This document shows positions 1-11,305 of a stretch of 64,000 nucleotides of DNA, in pieces. This stretch comes from Felis catus (taxonomy: Eukaryota). Location of the stretch: positions 53,198,001 to 53,262,000 of the forward strand of contig NC_058382.1 of the NCBI RefSeq assembly GCF_018350175.1, read 5' to 3'. Below the pieces are notes generated by a model, which was not told the origin of the DNA, made no database searches, and was given only the letters and a program-made list of their open reading frames with translations. Every line of letters begins with the position of its first letter. Position 1 is the stretch's first letter. Position numbers and translations under genes: made by a program.

Positions 1-286
1 GCCAGTCCTTCCTCCGCCCCCTCCGAGCCCCACTTCCAAGGGGTAGAATCCAAAGAAAAATCCAGATCCAGGTAGGGATGCTTCAGTAGCGCATTTGGGT
101 GGATTCCTGAGAAGCAATGACTTCTTCACGGCCTAGAGCTGCTGATGGGATCTTGCCAAGGCCCGGATTCTGCCGCTTATCTGATGGGAGCCACCAGCCC
201 TCGGCCCCAGGAGGGCGGACAGAGATGCTACCTGTCCCAGAACGGCACACCTTAACCCATGAGGCTCTCTTGCTACGACTCCACTG

Positions 287-393
287 ACACACACACACTC
301 ACACACACACACACACACAATACCTGCAGACACACACCTGTGTGTGGATACACGTGCACACACGTTCTCAAACACACCTGTGTATACACACAC
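287..393. repeat. (CA)n microsatellite with degenerate CA/TG-rich extension
   Basis: Direct reading: acacacacac... followed by acacacctgtgt motifs. Confidence 0.9.
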
Positions 394-441
394 ATGGAAT
401 TTTTCTTTAGAATCGTCCTGCAAATGATAATCATAGATTGA

Positions 442-653
442 GGGGCGCCTGGGTGGCTCAGCCGGTTAAGTATCCGACTTTGGCTCAGGTCATGATCTCG
501 AAGTTCATGAGTTCGAGCCCCGTGTCAGGCTCTGTGTTGACAGCTCAGAGCCTGGACCCCGCTTTGGATCCAGTGTCTCCCTCTCTCTCTGTCCCTTCCC
601 GCTCACACTCCGACTCTCTCTCTCCCAAAAATGGATAAACTTCAAAAACAAAA
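442..653 (+). mobile_element. Can-SINE (SINEC_Fc-type, older copy)
   Basis: GGGGCGCCTGGGTGGCTCAG head, B-box GTTCGAGCC, (CT)n tract, A-rich tail; diverged TSD ataatcatagattga (427-441) / ataatgatagactga (657-671). Confidence 0.95.
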
Positions 654-864
654 TCTATAATGATAGACTGAAAGCCTCTATACTCCCCAAATTCAAGGGC
701 ACTGCCTCAGACTTAGGAAACCACGCGCCTTCTGTGATCCAATAAATGCCATCGACAGAGAAGAATTTTTCACAGTTAATCATCCGTTGGGCTTTCACTA
801 CGAGCCCCCAATTTCACGTACATCCACCCACTCACTCCATCCTTGCAGCCAAGACAGAGGCTGT

Positions 865-945
865 GTTTTCATCCCCCATTTTTCCAAGAGGAAACCGAGG
901 CCCAGGAAGTCGGATCAGTGTGCGAAGGGTCACAGAGCCGGCCCA
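865..945. mobile_element. MIR fragment
   Basis: catcccccattttt...gaggaaaccgaggcccag...ggtcacagagc resembles the MIR core. Confidence 0.65.
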
Positions 946-3900
946 GCAGCAGACTTTCCGGCTAGTCTACTCGAAGGGCATTCTTCTCTTCTCCTGGGCT
1001 TCATCCTTCAAGCCTCTATGCCAGGAGGGCGCTGGTTTTAGGATTTTCCTCAGAAGTCAGTCTGCCCCCGAATCACATGGAGATGACTGGCCCCAACTGC
1101 CCAGCAGTGACAGAATCCTGTTTTGTCTCTGGCGCATTCTAGGTCGTTTTCCAGTGTAACCAACACATTCAGCCCTCTGTGGCACGGAAGTGTGAGAGGT
1201 GAGGAAGGTGGAGTGACTCACAGAGGGCCCCACCCCAGCGAGGAAAGAAAGGGATGGCCTCCCATTAAAGGGAGGGGGGCTGCTCTTGGGAAAACGCTTT
1301 AGACAAGAAGGCGCAAGCAACACAATAGATTTGTACCAAAGGGTTATTTCCCACCTCATTCACCCCACTTGGCTACAGCTCACTTCCGCAAGTTTCTCCA
1401 AATGGGATTCACTTACCAAGGATTTGCCGGTCGCGAGGGTATTTAAAAAGGAGACCCCTGTGCCAACCTCTGTCTTGCGACCGATCGCACATTCCACGAG
1501 CGGGTTTCACGGACCCTCTGCTCCCAAGAGGACCTTGAACCCCCTCGGAGGCTGGGGCTGTGTCGCCAGCCTGACATCCTCAGTGCCTGGTGAGAGTCGG
1601 GACAAGTTCAAGGGTGGAGCTGAAGGGATCTAGGAGGCAGGGTTCTCACTGTGTTAAGCAAAGGGGCATTCCTCCACGGGGAGAATGCACATCACCCAGG
1701 GGGACTCTTTCCCCAGGCCCCATACCCACTTGCCAGAGAGAGATCTGCGTGTTCAGAAATCTTGACCTTCAGAGTCACTGGTTGGGGTGTTTTCAGAAGT
1801 TGTTCAGACAGAAACAAAATGGTCAGAGGGGCCCTGGTTCTCTCGCTAACTTTAGCAACCGTCCCGGCCACCCAGAGAGTGCGTGTCAGGGACTAAGAAC
1901 GGGAGGAAGCCCCGTGGGTGTGCATGCACCTGTCTGCAGACGTGTGTGTACCTTACACGCCCTAGTAGGGCAGAGAGCGTGTCGTAAGGAAAACGTAGGG
2001 CTACGTTGGCTTGCACTGAAATCCTGGCCCTGCCCCTTGCTGGCAGAGGGGCTGGGGGCGAACCGAGTAAGGGTCATCTGAGGGCTAAGGACTGTACCCC
2101 TCAAGTGGGCATTTGAAGACCTACATCAGAGGGGTGGGAGGGCCTTGGGGCGCAAACCACTGGGTGGCCTATTTGGGATTGCACGGGGATACAGGACAGA
2201 GCCATGCACCCCGCTCGAAACGCCTCAGCAAAGAGTCCCTGTAAAGTTGGGCCGATCTGACCTCACGTTACCCTTCATGGGGAGGGAGGCCCGGTGGTCC
2301 AGGACCCGCCGAGAGCCAGGCACGGCATGGCACCCACAGAGCCGCCCACGGAGGCCGTGCGCGCTCCCCCATTGGACATCTGCGGGGAGGGCACCTGGGA
2401 CAGATTCCTTCAGGCCCTCCTGCTGGCCCACCCCGCTCAAGCACACAGCAGCCGGATCGGGACCCCTGCCTTCTGAAAGCCCCTGGCCCCTCTCTGGAAG
2501 CTTCCAAAGCGCAGCAGGCCCCTCAGCCACAGAATTCAGAGACAAAAACTGCAGGCTGGCACTGGGCATTTCTCAATCACACCATTTCCTTTCCCCTTAT
2601 AATAGAAACTTCTGCCTGGGCCGGGAAGGGGGCCTTCTCCCTTCCCCCCTGGGAGAGCACAGGGCAGGCCAGAGTTTCCGGGCTGGCCTCCCTCTGCCGG
2701 CTGGGCTCCTGGCAGGCCCATTCGCTGGGACAGGACTCGCCGGGCACCAGGACGCCGGGGCTTCTGCTGGGCACGTCTCGGGGGGCTGGAATGCCATCCC
2801 TTGGAGAGCTCTGTCTCTTAGAGACGCCAGGTCTGAGCGGCTTCAGGAAACAGCAGAAGCCTGTGGCTCCGGGTGTGTGTGTGGGGGTGGGGGGGCGGGC
2901 AAGGGGTTCCCACACGCCAAGCTCCAAGGCCCTTTGTGGGGGGTTCCCTCAGGCATTTCTAATTACAGGAGTTATTTCTGCCCCGCAGATTATGTGGTTC
3001 TTGCACTTGGCATGAGGAATGAATCAAGTCATTATTAACTCGGCAAGTGTCAGCCCTGGGTCCGGAGGCCCCCATATGGAAACAGAGCAGTTAATACACG
3101 GGCGGATTAGGTGGCTCTCAGGCTACGCCACAATTAGAAACGCAGGACGTTTGAAATATTAACTGGGGCGTGTGGGGAAGCGGCAGCGCCCGGCCTCCCT
3201 GCCAAGGAGATAGCAGCCCCGAGGAGGGTACGGAGTGTTATGTAAGGATTGGGCCGTGGGAAGTGGTGTTTGCAGAGAGCTCGCTGTGCGTCAGTGTTCT
3301 TGTGTGCGTGTCCCCCGCCTGATCTTCCCTGGGGCCCTGCAGACGGGACCGTCTCCCATTTGACAGAGGCGGGAACGGGCAGAAGCTCAGGGGTGGGGGT
3401 GGGGGGGCAAATCAGGTCCCCAAGTCTGCACAGGGAGGAAGTGTGGATGGGAATCTGCACCCCGGTGGCCCCCACCCCCACCCCTGTACCCTTGCTCATA
3501 TCTGCCCACCTCCACGGAGAACTGAGATGCCACTAAAAAGAAGTGCTAAGAGAAACGCGACGCTAGCAATTAATCCTAGTAGCTGCTTTAACTGAGCACA
3601 TACTACGTGCACACAGCTGTGTTACAACTGGGGTAGGTATACTGGCGTTTCGTGCTTGGAGCATCGCAGAAAGCAGGGACTGTCACAGGCCCCCTTATAT
3701 AGTTGAGGAACTGAGATAGCCTGAGAACTGTAAAGGAGTTAAAAGACCCAGGATTAGGTCTGGCCTCAGGCCTGCCTGCTTCCCAAGTCCCCCCTGCTGC
3801 AAAGATGCCTCTAGGCCTTTCCAACTCCAAGAGGCAGAGGCAGGGAGGAGAGCCCTTGTCTTTCTCGATCCATCCATTCACTCATCCTGGAGAAGCCTTC

Positions 3901-4730
3901 CTGAAACCCCATCAGGTGCTGGGCTTTGTGCTAGGCACGCAACACGCATGCGCTCACATAACTCTCCCTGCCTCCCCGTGAGGCAGGTACGACTTACTAC
4001 TCTTCACAGTCTATGACCAAAACCGAGTTTCGGGGAATAGCATCTCCCTCCTCTGCTGCAACTGGTCCAAAGGCGCAAAGCCAGTGACCGTCACAGAGAG
4101 AGAGGTCCGTGTCAAGCAGACCGCAAAGACAGAGGCCTACAGATAACAGAGGGAAGACGGAATGTGCCGGAGGGACCAGCACCGACCCACACATGGGAGA
4201 CAGAGGGATGATGGCAACTGCGGAGACAGGTCACTGGGGAACCCAAAGCTACCGAAGGCGAAATATTAACAGCGGAAAATAACATCCGACAAGACCTCAT
4301 GGCTCATGGACCTCACGTTCTAGGCCTCTGTGTATTTGCGATTGTGTCTGGGGGTCGGAGGGGTTTTGGAGGGGGGTCGTTTTACTTTTTGGGAGAGGTC
4401 TTCTGGCCCCGCTTCACCGAGGTGCCTGTTTACAGCGTAGGGAACAGACAGGCACAGTCAAAACCAGATTCCTTGGGTTCAGTTCTATTTTCCACTTCCC
4501 TAATTACAACATTCCTTCCCTTTGGACACGGTTCAAGTTCTCCATTCCCTTGAGATGCAGGGCTAACACCTGGACGTGGGAAGGAAGCAACCGATCGTGT
4601 GTTTCTAAGGATGGTAAGAGAGGAAAGCCAGCAAGGGGGGCCCTCCCGGCCCAGGTGGGCAGCCCCCTTGGGCCCCAGCTCCCTGGAGCGGGGTGATGTG
4701 AGCACAGACTTCATCCACAGAGCTGGAAGC

Positions 4731-4771
4731 GGGGGGGGGGGGGGGGGGGGGGGGAGGGGGGGCGGGGCGGG
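4731..4771 (+). repeat. Poly-G tract (G24) with further G-runs, G-quadruplex-capable
   Basis: 24 consecutive G at 4731-4754 followed by aggggggg cgggg cggg. Confidence 0.85.
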
Positions 4772-4974
4772 CAGGAGGGCTCTGAGAATGACCTATGTAC
4801 CTCCAGTAGCAGGCACACAGCAGGTGCACACAAGACGTCCAACCAAGATGTGCCCATATCCAGTGCACCACAGGCTCAAGTCATCTCTAATTACAGCAAT
4901 TAAACTGTGGAAGCTTTGGAATGAGTTGTTTTTTTTTTTTTTTTTTTTTTTTGACATCTTAATTAAAGCAGCTC

Positions 4975-5176
4975 GGGGACACCTGGGTGGCTCAGGGAGC
5001 AAAGCGTCCGAATTCTGCTCAGGTCGTGACCTCGCGGTTCGTGAGTTCGAGCCCCACATCCGGCTCTGCGCTGACAGTGCAGAGCCTGCTCGGGATTCTC
5101 GCTCGCGCTCGCTCGCTCGCTCTCTCTCTCTCTCGCTACCCCGCTGTCTCTCTCAAAATAAATAAGCTTGAAACAA
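4975..5176 (+). mobile_element. Can-SINE
   Basis: tRNA-like head, (CT)n/(CTCG)n tract, AATAAA tail; TSD AAAGCAGCTCGG at 4965-4976 and 5177-5188. Confidence 0.95.
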
Positions 5177-5787
5177 AAAGCAGCTCGGATGCCATTCCTA
5201 GGCCACTCTTCCTTTCACTCGCTTGTGTCTTGGCCCGTTTTCTCGAGTGGGAAAGAGAAAGACGCAGCAGACAGGGGAAGCGTGCCTAAGGCCTGGCCGG
5301 GCTAGTCCCCCGCAGCCCCGGTAAGCGCTGCGCACTGACACAGCCTTCGTCTCAGGGATTTCGGGGGGTAACGTGCCCCCCTTCCAGCTCTTACACCTCC
5401 TCAACATACGGGGGAGGAGCTAATGAAGAGCCGGGTCCCTGCGTGGGCGTGGTCAGTCGTCTGTACCGGCCGCAGAGTCTCTTTCCTCGCTGGAGACGTG
5501 ACGCATTTGTAGTGTCCCTGTGGCGTCCGTTACTAGTAACTGGTGGCTTTTTATTCTCCATCTTGAAGAAAAAAAAAAAAGGACTACCAACACGGCACCC
5601 AAGACTTCTGGTTTCTCGATCACAAATTCAGAGTTGAAGCCTTGCCCTTTTGACGTCCATACCCTGTTTCTAAAGGCCATGAGCCGTTTCCCCCAGGGCT
5701 GGGAAGTTGCCAGGATGTGTTTTCCTCTGCTCCCAAACTACCCTCTTTTCTCACTTGTACCAAAGGTTTAAAACTCACCGCGTCAAA

Positions 5788-6098
5788 GCAGGACTCACAA
5801 CCTCTTTCTGGAAAGCACAAGAGAGTGAATGTTGCTGCTTGGGGGCTCATCTACTCTCTGCGGCAACTCAACTCAAGCATTGTGGTGCAGCCCCAGATAC
5901 CAGGGGAACCAACGGGTGTGGCTGTGTTCTGGTAAAACTTCATGTTGGAGGCCAAAAGTGGAATGTCGTATGACTTTTACAAGTTATGAAAAATCATTCT
6001 TCTCTTGGTTCTGGTCAGCCATTTAACAATGGGAAAAATATCCTAAACTCCCTGGCCAACCAAAAAACTCCGGTAGTAAGCCGGTGTGCTGATCCCTG
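5788..6098. mobile_element. MER58B-like hAT-Charlie DNA transposon fossil
   Basis: gtgtggctgtgttctggtaaaactt...ccatttaacaatgggaaaaatatcct...gatccctg is collinear with the recalled MER58B consensus. Confidence 0.75.
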
Positions 6099-6204
6099 CA
6101 ATTGAAGGGAGTTAGGCATACCACCAGCCACAAATGTCCACGGGCAGACTGTGTGCTCCCTCTGGGCCTCTGATCATCACGGTGAAAATGGACGGTTGGA
6201 CCAG

Positions 6205-6394
6205 GCCCCCGTGGCCCAGTGTGTCCCTCACCAGGCACCTGTAGCTACCTAAGTGTAAATGTAAGTTAGTTAAGATGAACAATTCAGTCCCTCAGTGGCC
6301 CTAGCCACATCTCAAGTGCACCCCCAATACAGCTGGGGGCTTCCATATTGAGTAGCACAATTCCACAATCGCAGAAAGTTCTACTGGACAGCTG
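6205..6394. mobile_element. MER3/MER33-type hAT element inserted in a MIR3-like SINE (about 6140-6440)
   Basis: ctagccacatctcaagtgc...gcagaaagttctactggacagc; flanked by tggaccag/tagactag and by the two halves of a MIR3-like 3' end. Confidence 0.75.
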
Positions 6395-6544
6395 TAGACT
6401 AGAATGATCTTGAAGGCCCCTTCCTGGTCCAAAAGTTGGTGCATCTATGATTCTCTGCCGTGAAAGTATAGTGGGGGAAGGAGGGGGAGGGGAGCAAAGA
6501 CAATTGTGTGCTTCCTTCCACAGCATGGAGGAAGATGTTGGGAA

Positions 6545-6900
6545 TTCTAGTGAGTTGAAGAGCATCTCCCTCAAATTTTTCTTCACCATGAGCTTCAGAA
6601 TGGAACCTTACTCAGAAAGAGGGTCTTTGCATGTGTAATTAGTCACAGGTCTTGAAATGGAATCATCCTGGATTTAGGTTGAAGGACAGCCCCAAGGCAA
6701 GGAAGGCCAAAGATCACAGTGGCCACCAGAAAGGGACAGAGGCACGGCTTAAATTTCCCTTAAAGCCTTCTGAGGGGGCGAGTCCCCAATACACCTTCAT
6801 TTCAGACTTCATCTTCAGAAGTGGGAGACAATAAATTTCTCCTGTTTTAAGCCGCCGTGTTTGTGGTCAACCAGTACAAGAGTCCTAGTAAACGAGTCCA
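6545..6900 (+). mobile_element. MaLR solo LTR (MLT1B/C-like)
   Basis: agggtctttgcatgtgtaattag...tcatcctggatttagg...aataaatttctcctgttttaagcc...tttgtggt. Confidence 0.8.
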
Positions 6901-7824
6901 AGAGGTCAAGGGGTTTTGATGAAGAAGAAGACCAAGCTAAGAGGAATTACGTAATCCCTGAAATAATTTGGGAGGTGACCAAAAAATCCAAGCAAGGATG
7001 TCAAAGAGCTCCGGAAAGAGCCTGGGACAGAGAACATCGCTTTACGTGTGGAATCCCATCTGCCCAGCAGTCAGTGTGGCTGAGGAGTTGTTCGGCAACC
7101 CAGAAAGGCCCGAGAAATGCCAACGGGACAGAGAGGGAACAGCCCGCTTCCCCAGAGGGAAACCTCCCCCGGCGGATGGGAGGGATTTGGTCCTGGCCAC
7201 AGTGGGAAACCAGACGGGGAGGGAGCCCAAGACGTAAGCCACAGCAATTTGCAGGAGACTCTTGGTCATCAGCGGGCAGCACGTGTCAAGGGGGGGAAGG
7301 CTAGGGGGGATGTCATAAAGTCCTTGTCTTTGGGGAATGCAGAGCAGGGATTAAAGGCAGAGTCTAGGGGACACATGGGAAGGTGACAGACACAAGCTCA
7401 TTTTGCTGAGTTCGCTGTCCAAGTAAAGATGGCTGCCATAGAAAGCAGTCAAGGCTAAGAAGCAAAACTGGAAGATAGTCCCCTGTCCCACTCCTTGGCG
7501 TCTAAGGTGGCACGGAGAGGGTCCCTTGGCTTCCTGCTGGGAAAATCCTTAAACTAACACAGCTGCCCCAGCTTCAGAGATGTCGGAGCTGCCCCACCAC
7601 CATCACTCCCCCACTGGGAGAGCCCCCTGTTGGGCTCACCCAGCTCACTGCCCAGGCCGTATCTGAGCCCACACTCAGACTTTCAGAGTCTGGGGACAGC
7701 CAGGTGGGGTGGCTTGAGCCCAGCCTCCCCAGGGGGAGGTGGCTCTTTGCTGGGGAACAAGGCACTTACTTCCAGCACTGCTTTTAGGAAGGTCAATGTG
7801 GACATCGGTTCCAAAAATCGGAGA

Positions 7825-8286
7825 CAGCAGCACCTGCTCTTGGACCCAGCCACGCCCCTTCTACGGAGGAGTCCTAACAGGCTAATAACAGAAACAGAGC
7901 CGGGTGGGTGGCTATATGGCAGAAGACACAGGCTTGACCTTCAGCGATTCTTGCATCTGACTCTGCCTCGGTCGCCGGCTTTGACTGTCTCTCCAGAGGA
8001 TGCATTTCACCTATTTAAGCCTCTGCTTTTTCATCAGGAAAAGGGTGTCAATAATAGCACCCTGCTCGCAGCGTTGTGATGAGGTTTACATGAAGCAATG
8101 TAAGTGATAGACTACGTCCATGTGCAAAACATTCCACTCGAGCCTAAGGTAGGACCACCTGTTGCTATTAGCTACTTTTCCCAAACCAAAGATGTTCATC
8201 GAGGTGTCATTGATGATTGGAGAAAAAAAAAAACTAGAAGCAAAATGTCTAAAGACAGAATTAATGATGATATATACGTGTATATA

Positions 8287-8332
<46 letters not shown>

Positions 8333-8486
8333 GAAAGGTTACCTATCCTGTCAACCATCATTCTTGGAGACTATTTAATACTAGTTAATGACACAGGAAA
8401 AATTCCAAATAGAATATTACATAAGACAAGCAAGAAGAAACTTCCTATGACCATCAAATCTTTTCCATTCTCATTACACGCAGAGA

Positions 8487-8532
<46 letters not shown>

Positions 8533-8695
8533 CCTATAGGAAAACCAGGAAAGATTTACAGCAAAATGAATTACTATCCATACCAGGAGCAGGGATAACT
8601 TTTACTTTCTTCTTCAAACTTTCAACTCCGCTTGCAAAATGTTTTACAATGTACCTAAATTACCTTGGTAATGAAAAGTAAAATATTAAGGGAAA
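7825..8695 (+). mobile_element. Old L1M(E) 3' fragment interrupted by a MIR (about 7930-8110) and by (TG)n and (GA)n microsatellites
   Basis: gacccagccacgccccttcta..., aaagatgttcatc..., tttttacaatg-like end; (TG)n 8289-8330 and (GA)n 8482-8529. Confidence 0.6.
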
Positions 8696-9410
8696 ATAAA
8701 ATAACATTGATTTTACGGTCAGATGCTATTTCAAAAAGTGGCTTTCTGCTTTGGAATTCTCTAACTTTGGGCCGGTTCATGAGCCGAACCTCAGCTTCCT
8801 CATATTTAAAAAAAGGGTGGCAGGAATGTGTCTTAGCAGACTGTGTGAATTACAAGAGATGGTATAAGGCAAGGTGTCCGTTTGTTACCTCCCCAAGGTC
8901 AGGAGATCTTTATGGGAACCTTCGGGCCACTTTTGGGGGGGTGGATATCAACATGCTTAGTGGGTCACTAGAAATTCTGAGACAGAAAGCCTCATCCCTT
9001 GGCGACCATGGCCAGAGCACTGTTTCTGGGACACAGGGCTCCCCCGGAGAAGTCCTGGAATGCTGTTTGAAGGACTGGCTGATTACCGTCCCACTCACGT
9101 AATCCTTGCTTATCAGAGCAACTCGGTTCAGAGTCCATTGGAAAGCCCAGATTGATTTCATCGATGAGTCATACCTGCTACCTGCATTGCACAGGCCAAG
9201 AGAATTGACATTTGGGGGGATCGTTGAAAGGACACCAACAGAGAGAGACACAGAGGCTGGGTCTCTAGGTGGGAGGGCCGTTCAGTTCCCGACAAAACTA
9301 ATAACGAATAATAAAACTAACATGCCCAAAACACATATGGATCTGGTTTTGATGCATCCGTTCCTATGAAGAGCACAATTTATTTGTCGGTTTGGTTTTC
9401 TCTGTTTCCT

Positions 9411-9620
9411 CCAGCTTCATCGAGATATATAACTGACGTACAACATTGTGTACGTTTCAGGAGTACACAGTGGTGATGTGACACATCATCGCATTAGGTG
9501 ACACTCCCATCACCTCACGGAAGAGTGAAGAACCCTGTATCATACGCGTGAAAGTTGCTAAGAGAGTAGTAGATCTTGAATGTTCTCCCCACAAAAAAGA
9601 AACGGTAATTATGTGTGGTA
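9411..9620 (-). mobile_element. L1MA9/L1MB-like 3' end with 5' inversion
   Basis: 9411-9518 is the extreme L1 3' end on the minus strand; 9519-9620 (gaaagttgctaagagagt...aaaaaagaaacggtaattatgtg) is the adjacent upstream segment on the plus strand. Confidence 0.75.
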
Positions 9621-10770
9621 ATTACGTTTGTTTCTCCAGTGACTTTCCACATCAACTCATTTTACGAATGAGGAGACCAGGGCTTAGAAAACGCAACGTG
9701 GCCAAAGACGCAGAGCTAATAGGGGCCTCAACTGCGATCCCAAATCTTGGAAGGCTAAGTCCAGAGCCTATGTCCAACCCACAACGCACAGATGCCCCTC
9801 CTGGAGGATTGGTCACCTCACTCGGCTGCCTAGGGCCACCCACACACCCCAAGGCAGGTGCCTCCTCCTCTGGGGTCAGGGAAGAAGAGGAAAAAGGATA
9901 GGTTTCCATGAGACTCTCCCTCACCCTGTCTGATGGGGGGGGGGGGTAGTTTTGAAATACTCCAATTCCCTTAGGTCCTTTTATTATTATAATTGCTCCT
10001 AAATGTTTTGATTGTGGTGTATTATGGATGTTATTGCAAATCAGCTTTCAGCCTTATAAGACACTAACGCGAGCACGCAAGAACATTCTCTTGAGCGGAA
10101 CATCCTTAATAAAAACAATACATCAGGCACTGACTCTTATTAAAGGGGCATTTAATCCCCGATAGTAAGCCTCTCCTCAGACAGTGCCCTCTCACACAAT
10201 GTCAGGAACCTGGCTTAGAAGTCAGTAAGAACTGGAGAGCGGGAGAGAGAGGGAGAAAGGAAGGGAGGGTTATTGTATCTCAGTTTGATAAAAACAAGGG
10301 GCTGCATGTCTCTAGGATATTTACAAAGTTGTGCAGACCCTGGAAAGAGGCGCTGGGGTATGGTTTACAGAGCGCTAGATTAGGAGCCTGAAGTCTTGGT
10401 TCTAAGATCAGAATTGCCAGTTACTGGTGGATGTCTTTGAACAGCCTCTTAGGCTCGGTGTTTCTGTGTTAGTAATCCAAAAGTGCTTCTGTCTCGCCTA
10501 GCTGGGCTGACCACATGTCATTTCATCCAGGACATCCCCAGGCTATACCCGTTGTCCTGGCTTGAGTATGAATTGCACCCCCTTACCTCTAGAAGTGACG
10601 CTGTTTGGGTGATAAATGATATATTCACCCCATACCCAACTTACAGCGTTATGATAGCTAAAGACATAGGGTTTGCACATGTTTTGTAATAGTCAAAGCC
10701 CGATTAAAGATCCGAGGGAGAGAAGGCACTTCTCAGTTGCTCCGAATCCTACCTTTTAAAAATGGAGATT

Positions 10771-10990
10771 GGGGGCACCCAGGTGGCTCAGTCAGTTAAG
10801 CGTCCGACTTCGGCTTTGGCTGAGGTTATGTTCTCGTGATTTGTGAAGTCAAGCCCTGCATTGGGCTCTGTGCTGACAACTCAGAGCCTGGAGCCTGCTT
10901 CAAGTTCTGTGTCTTCCTCTCTCTCTGCCTCTCCCCCACTCACATTCTGTCTCTCTCAAAAATGAATAAACGTTAATTTTTTTTTTAAAT
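10771..10990 (+). mobile_element. Can-SINE (older copy)
   Basis: GGGGGCACCCAGGTGGCTCAG head, CT tract, tail; diverged TSD taaaaatggaga/taaaagtggaga. Confidence 0.95.
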
Positions 10991-11074
10991 AAAAGTGGAG
11001 ACTGAGAAAGTGTATGTCAGTGTGAGGGAAATACTCAATATTATCAACTGAGTATATTCAAAGTGATCAGTGCA

Positions 11075-11305
11075 GGGCGCCTGGGTGGCGCAGTCGGTTA
11101 AGCCTCCGACTTCAGCCAGGTCACGATCTCGCGGTCCGTGAGTTCGAGCCCCGCGTCAGGCTCTGGGCTGATGGCTCAGAGCCTGGAGCCTGTTTCCGAT
11201 TCTGTGTCTCCCTCTCTCTCTGCCCCTCCCCCGTTCATGCTCTGTCTCTCTCTGTGTCTCTGTCCCAAAAATAAATAAACGTTGAAAAAAAAAATTAAAA
11301 AAAAA
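11075..11305 (+). mobile_element. Young feline Can-SINE
   Basis: Near-consensus young type; perfect 16-bp TSD AAAGTGATCAGTGCAG at 11060-11075 and 11306-11321. Confidence 0.97.

Noticed and set aside
442..530. tRNA gene-like A/B boxes here and at other SINE heads
   Set aside because: They are the tRNA-derived heads of Can-SINEs, followed by CT tracts and A-tails
1411..1590. Minus-strand exon-like segment with a GTAAGT donor
   Set aside because: All three frames from the nearest acceptor contain stops; nothing supports it beyond a consensus donor
2145..3038. Longest ORF (297 aa, plus strand)
   Set aside because: Non-ATG start, G/P/R/A/S-rich composition typical of chance ORFs in GC-rich DNA, no recognisable domain or splice structure
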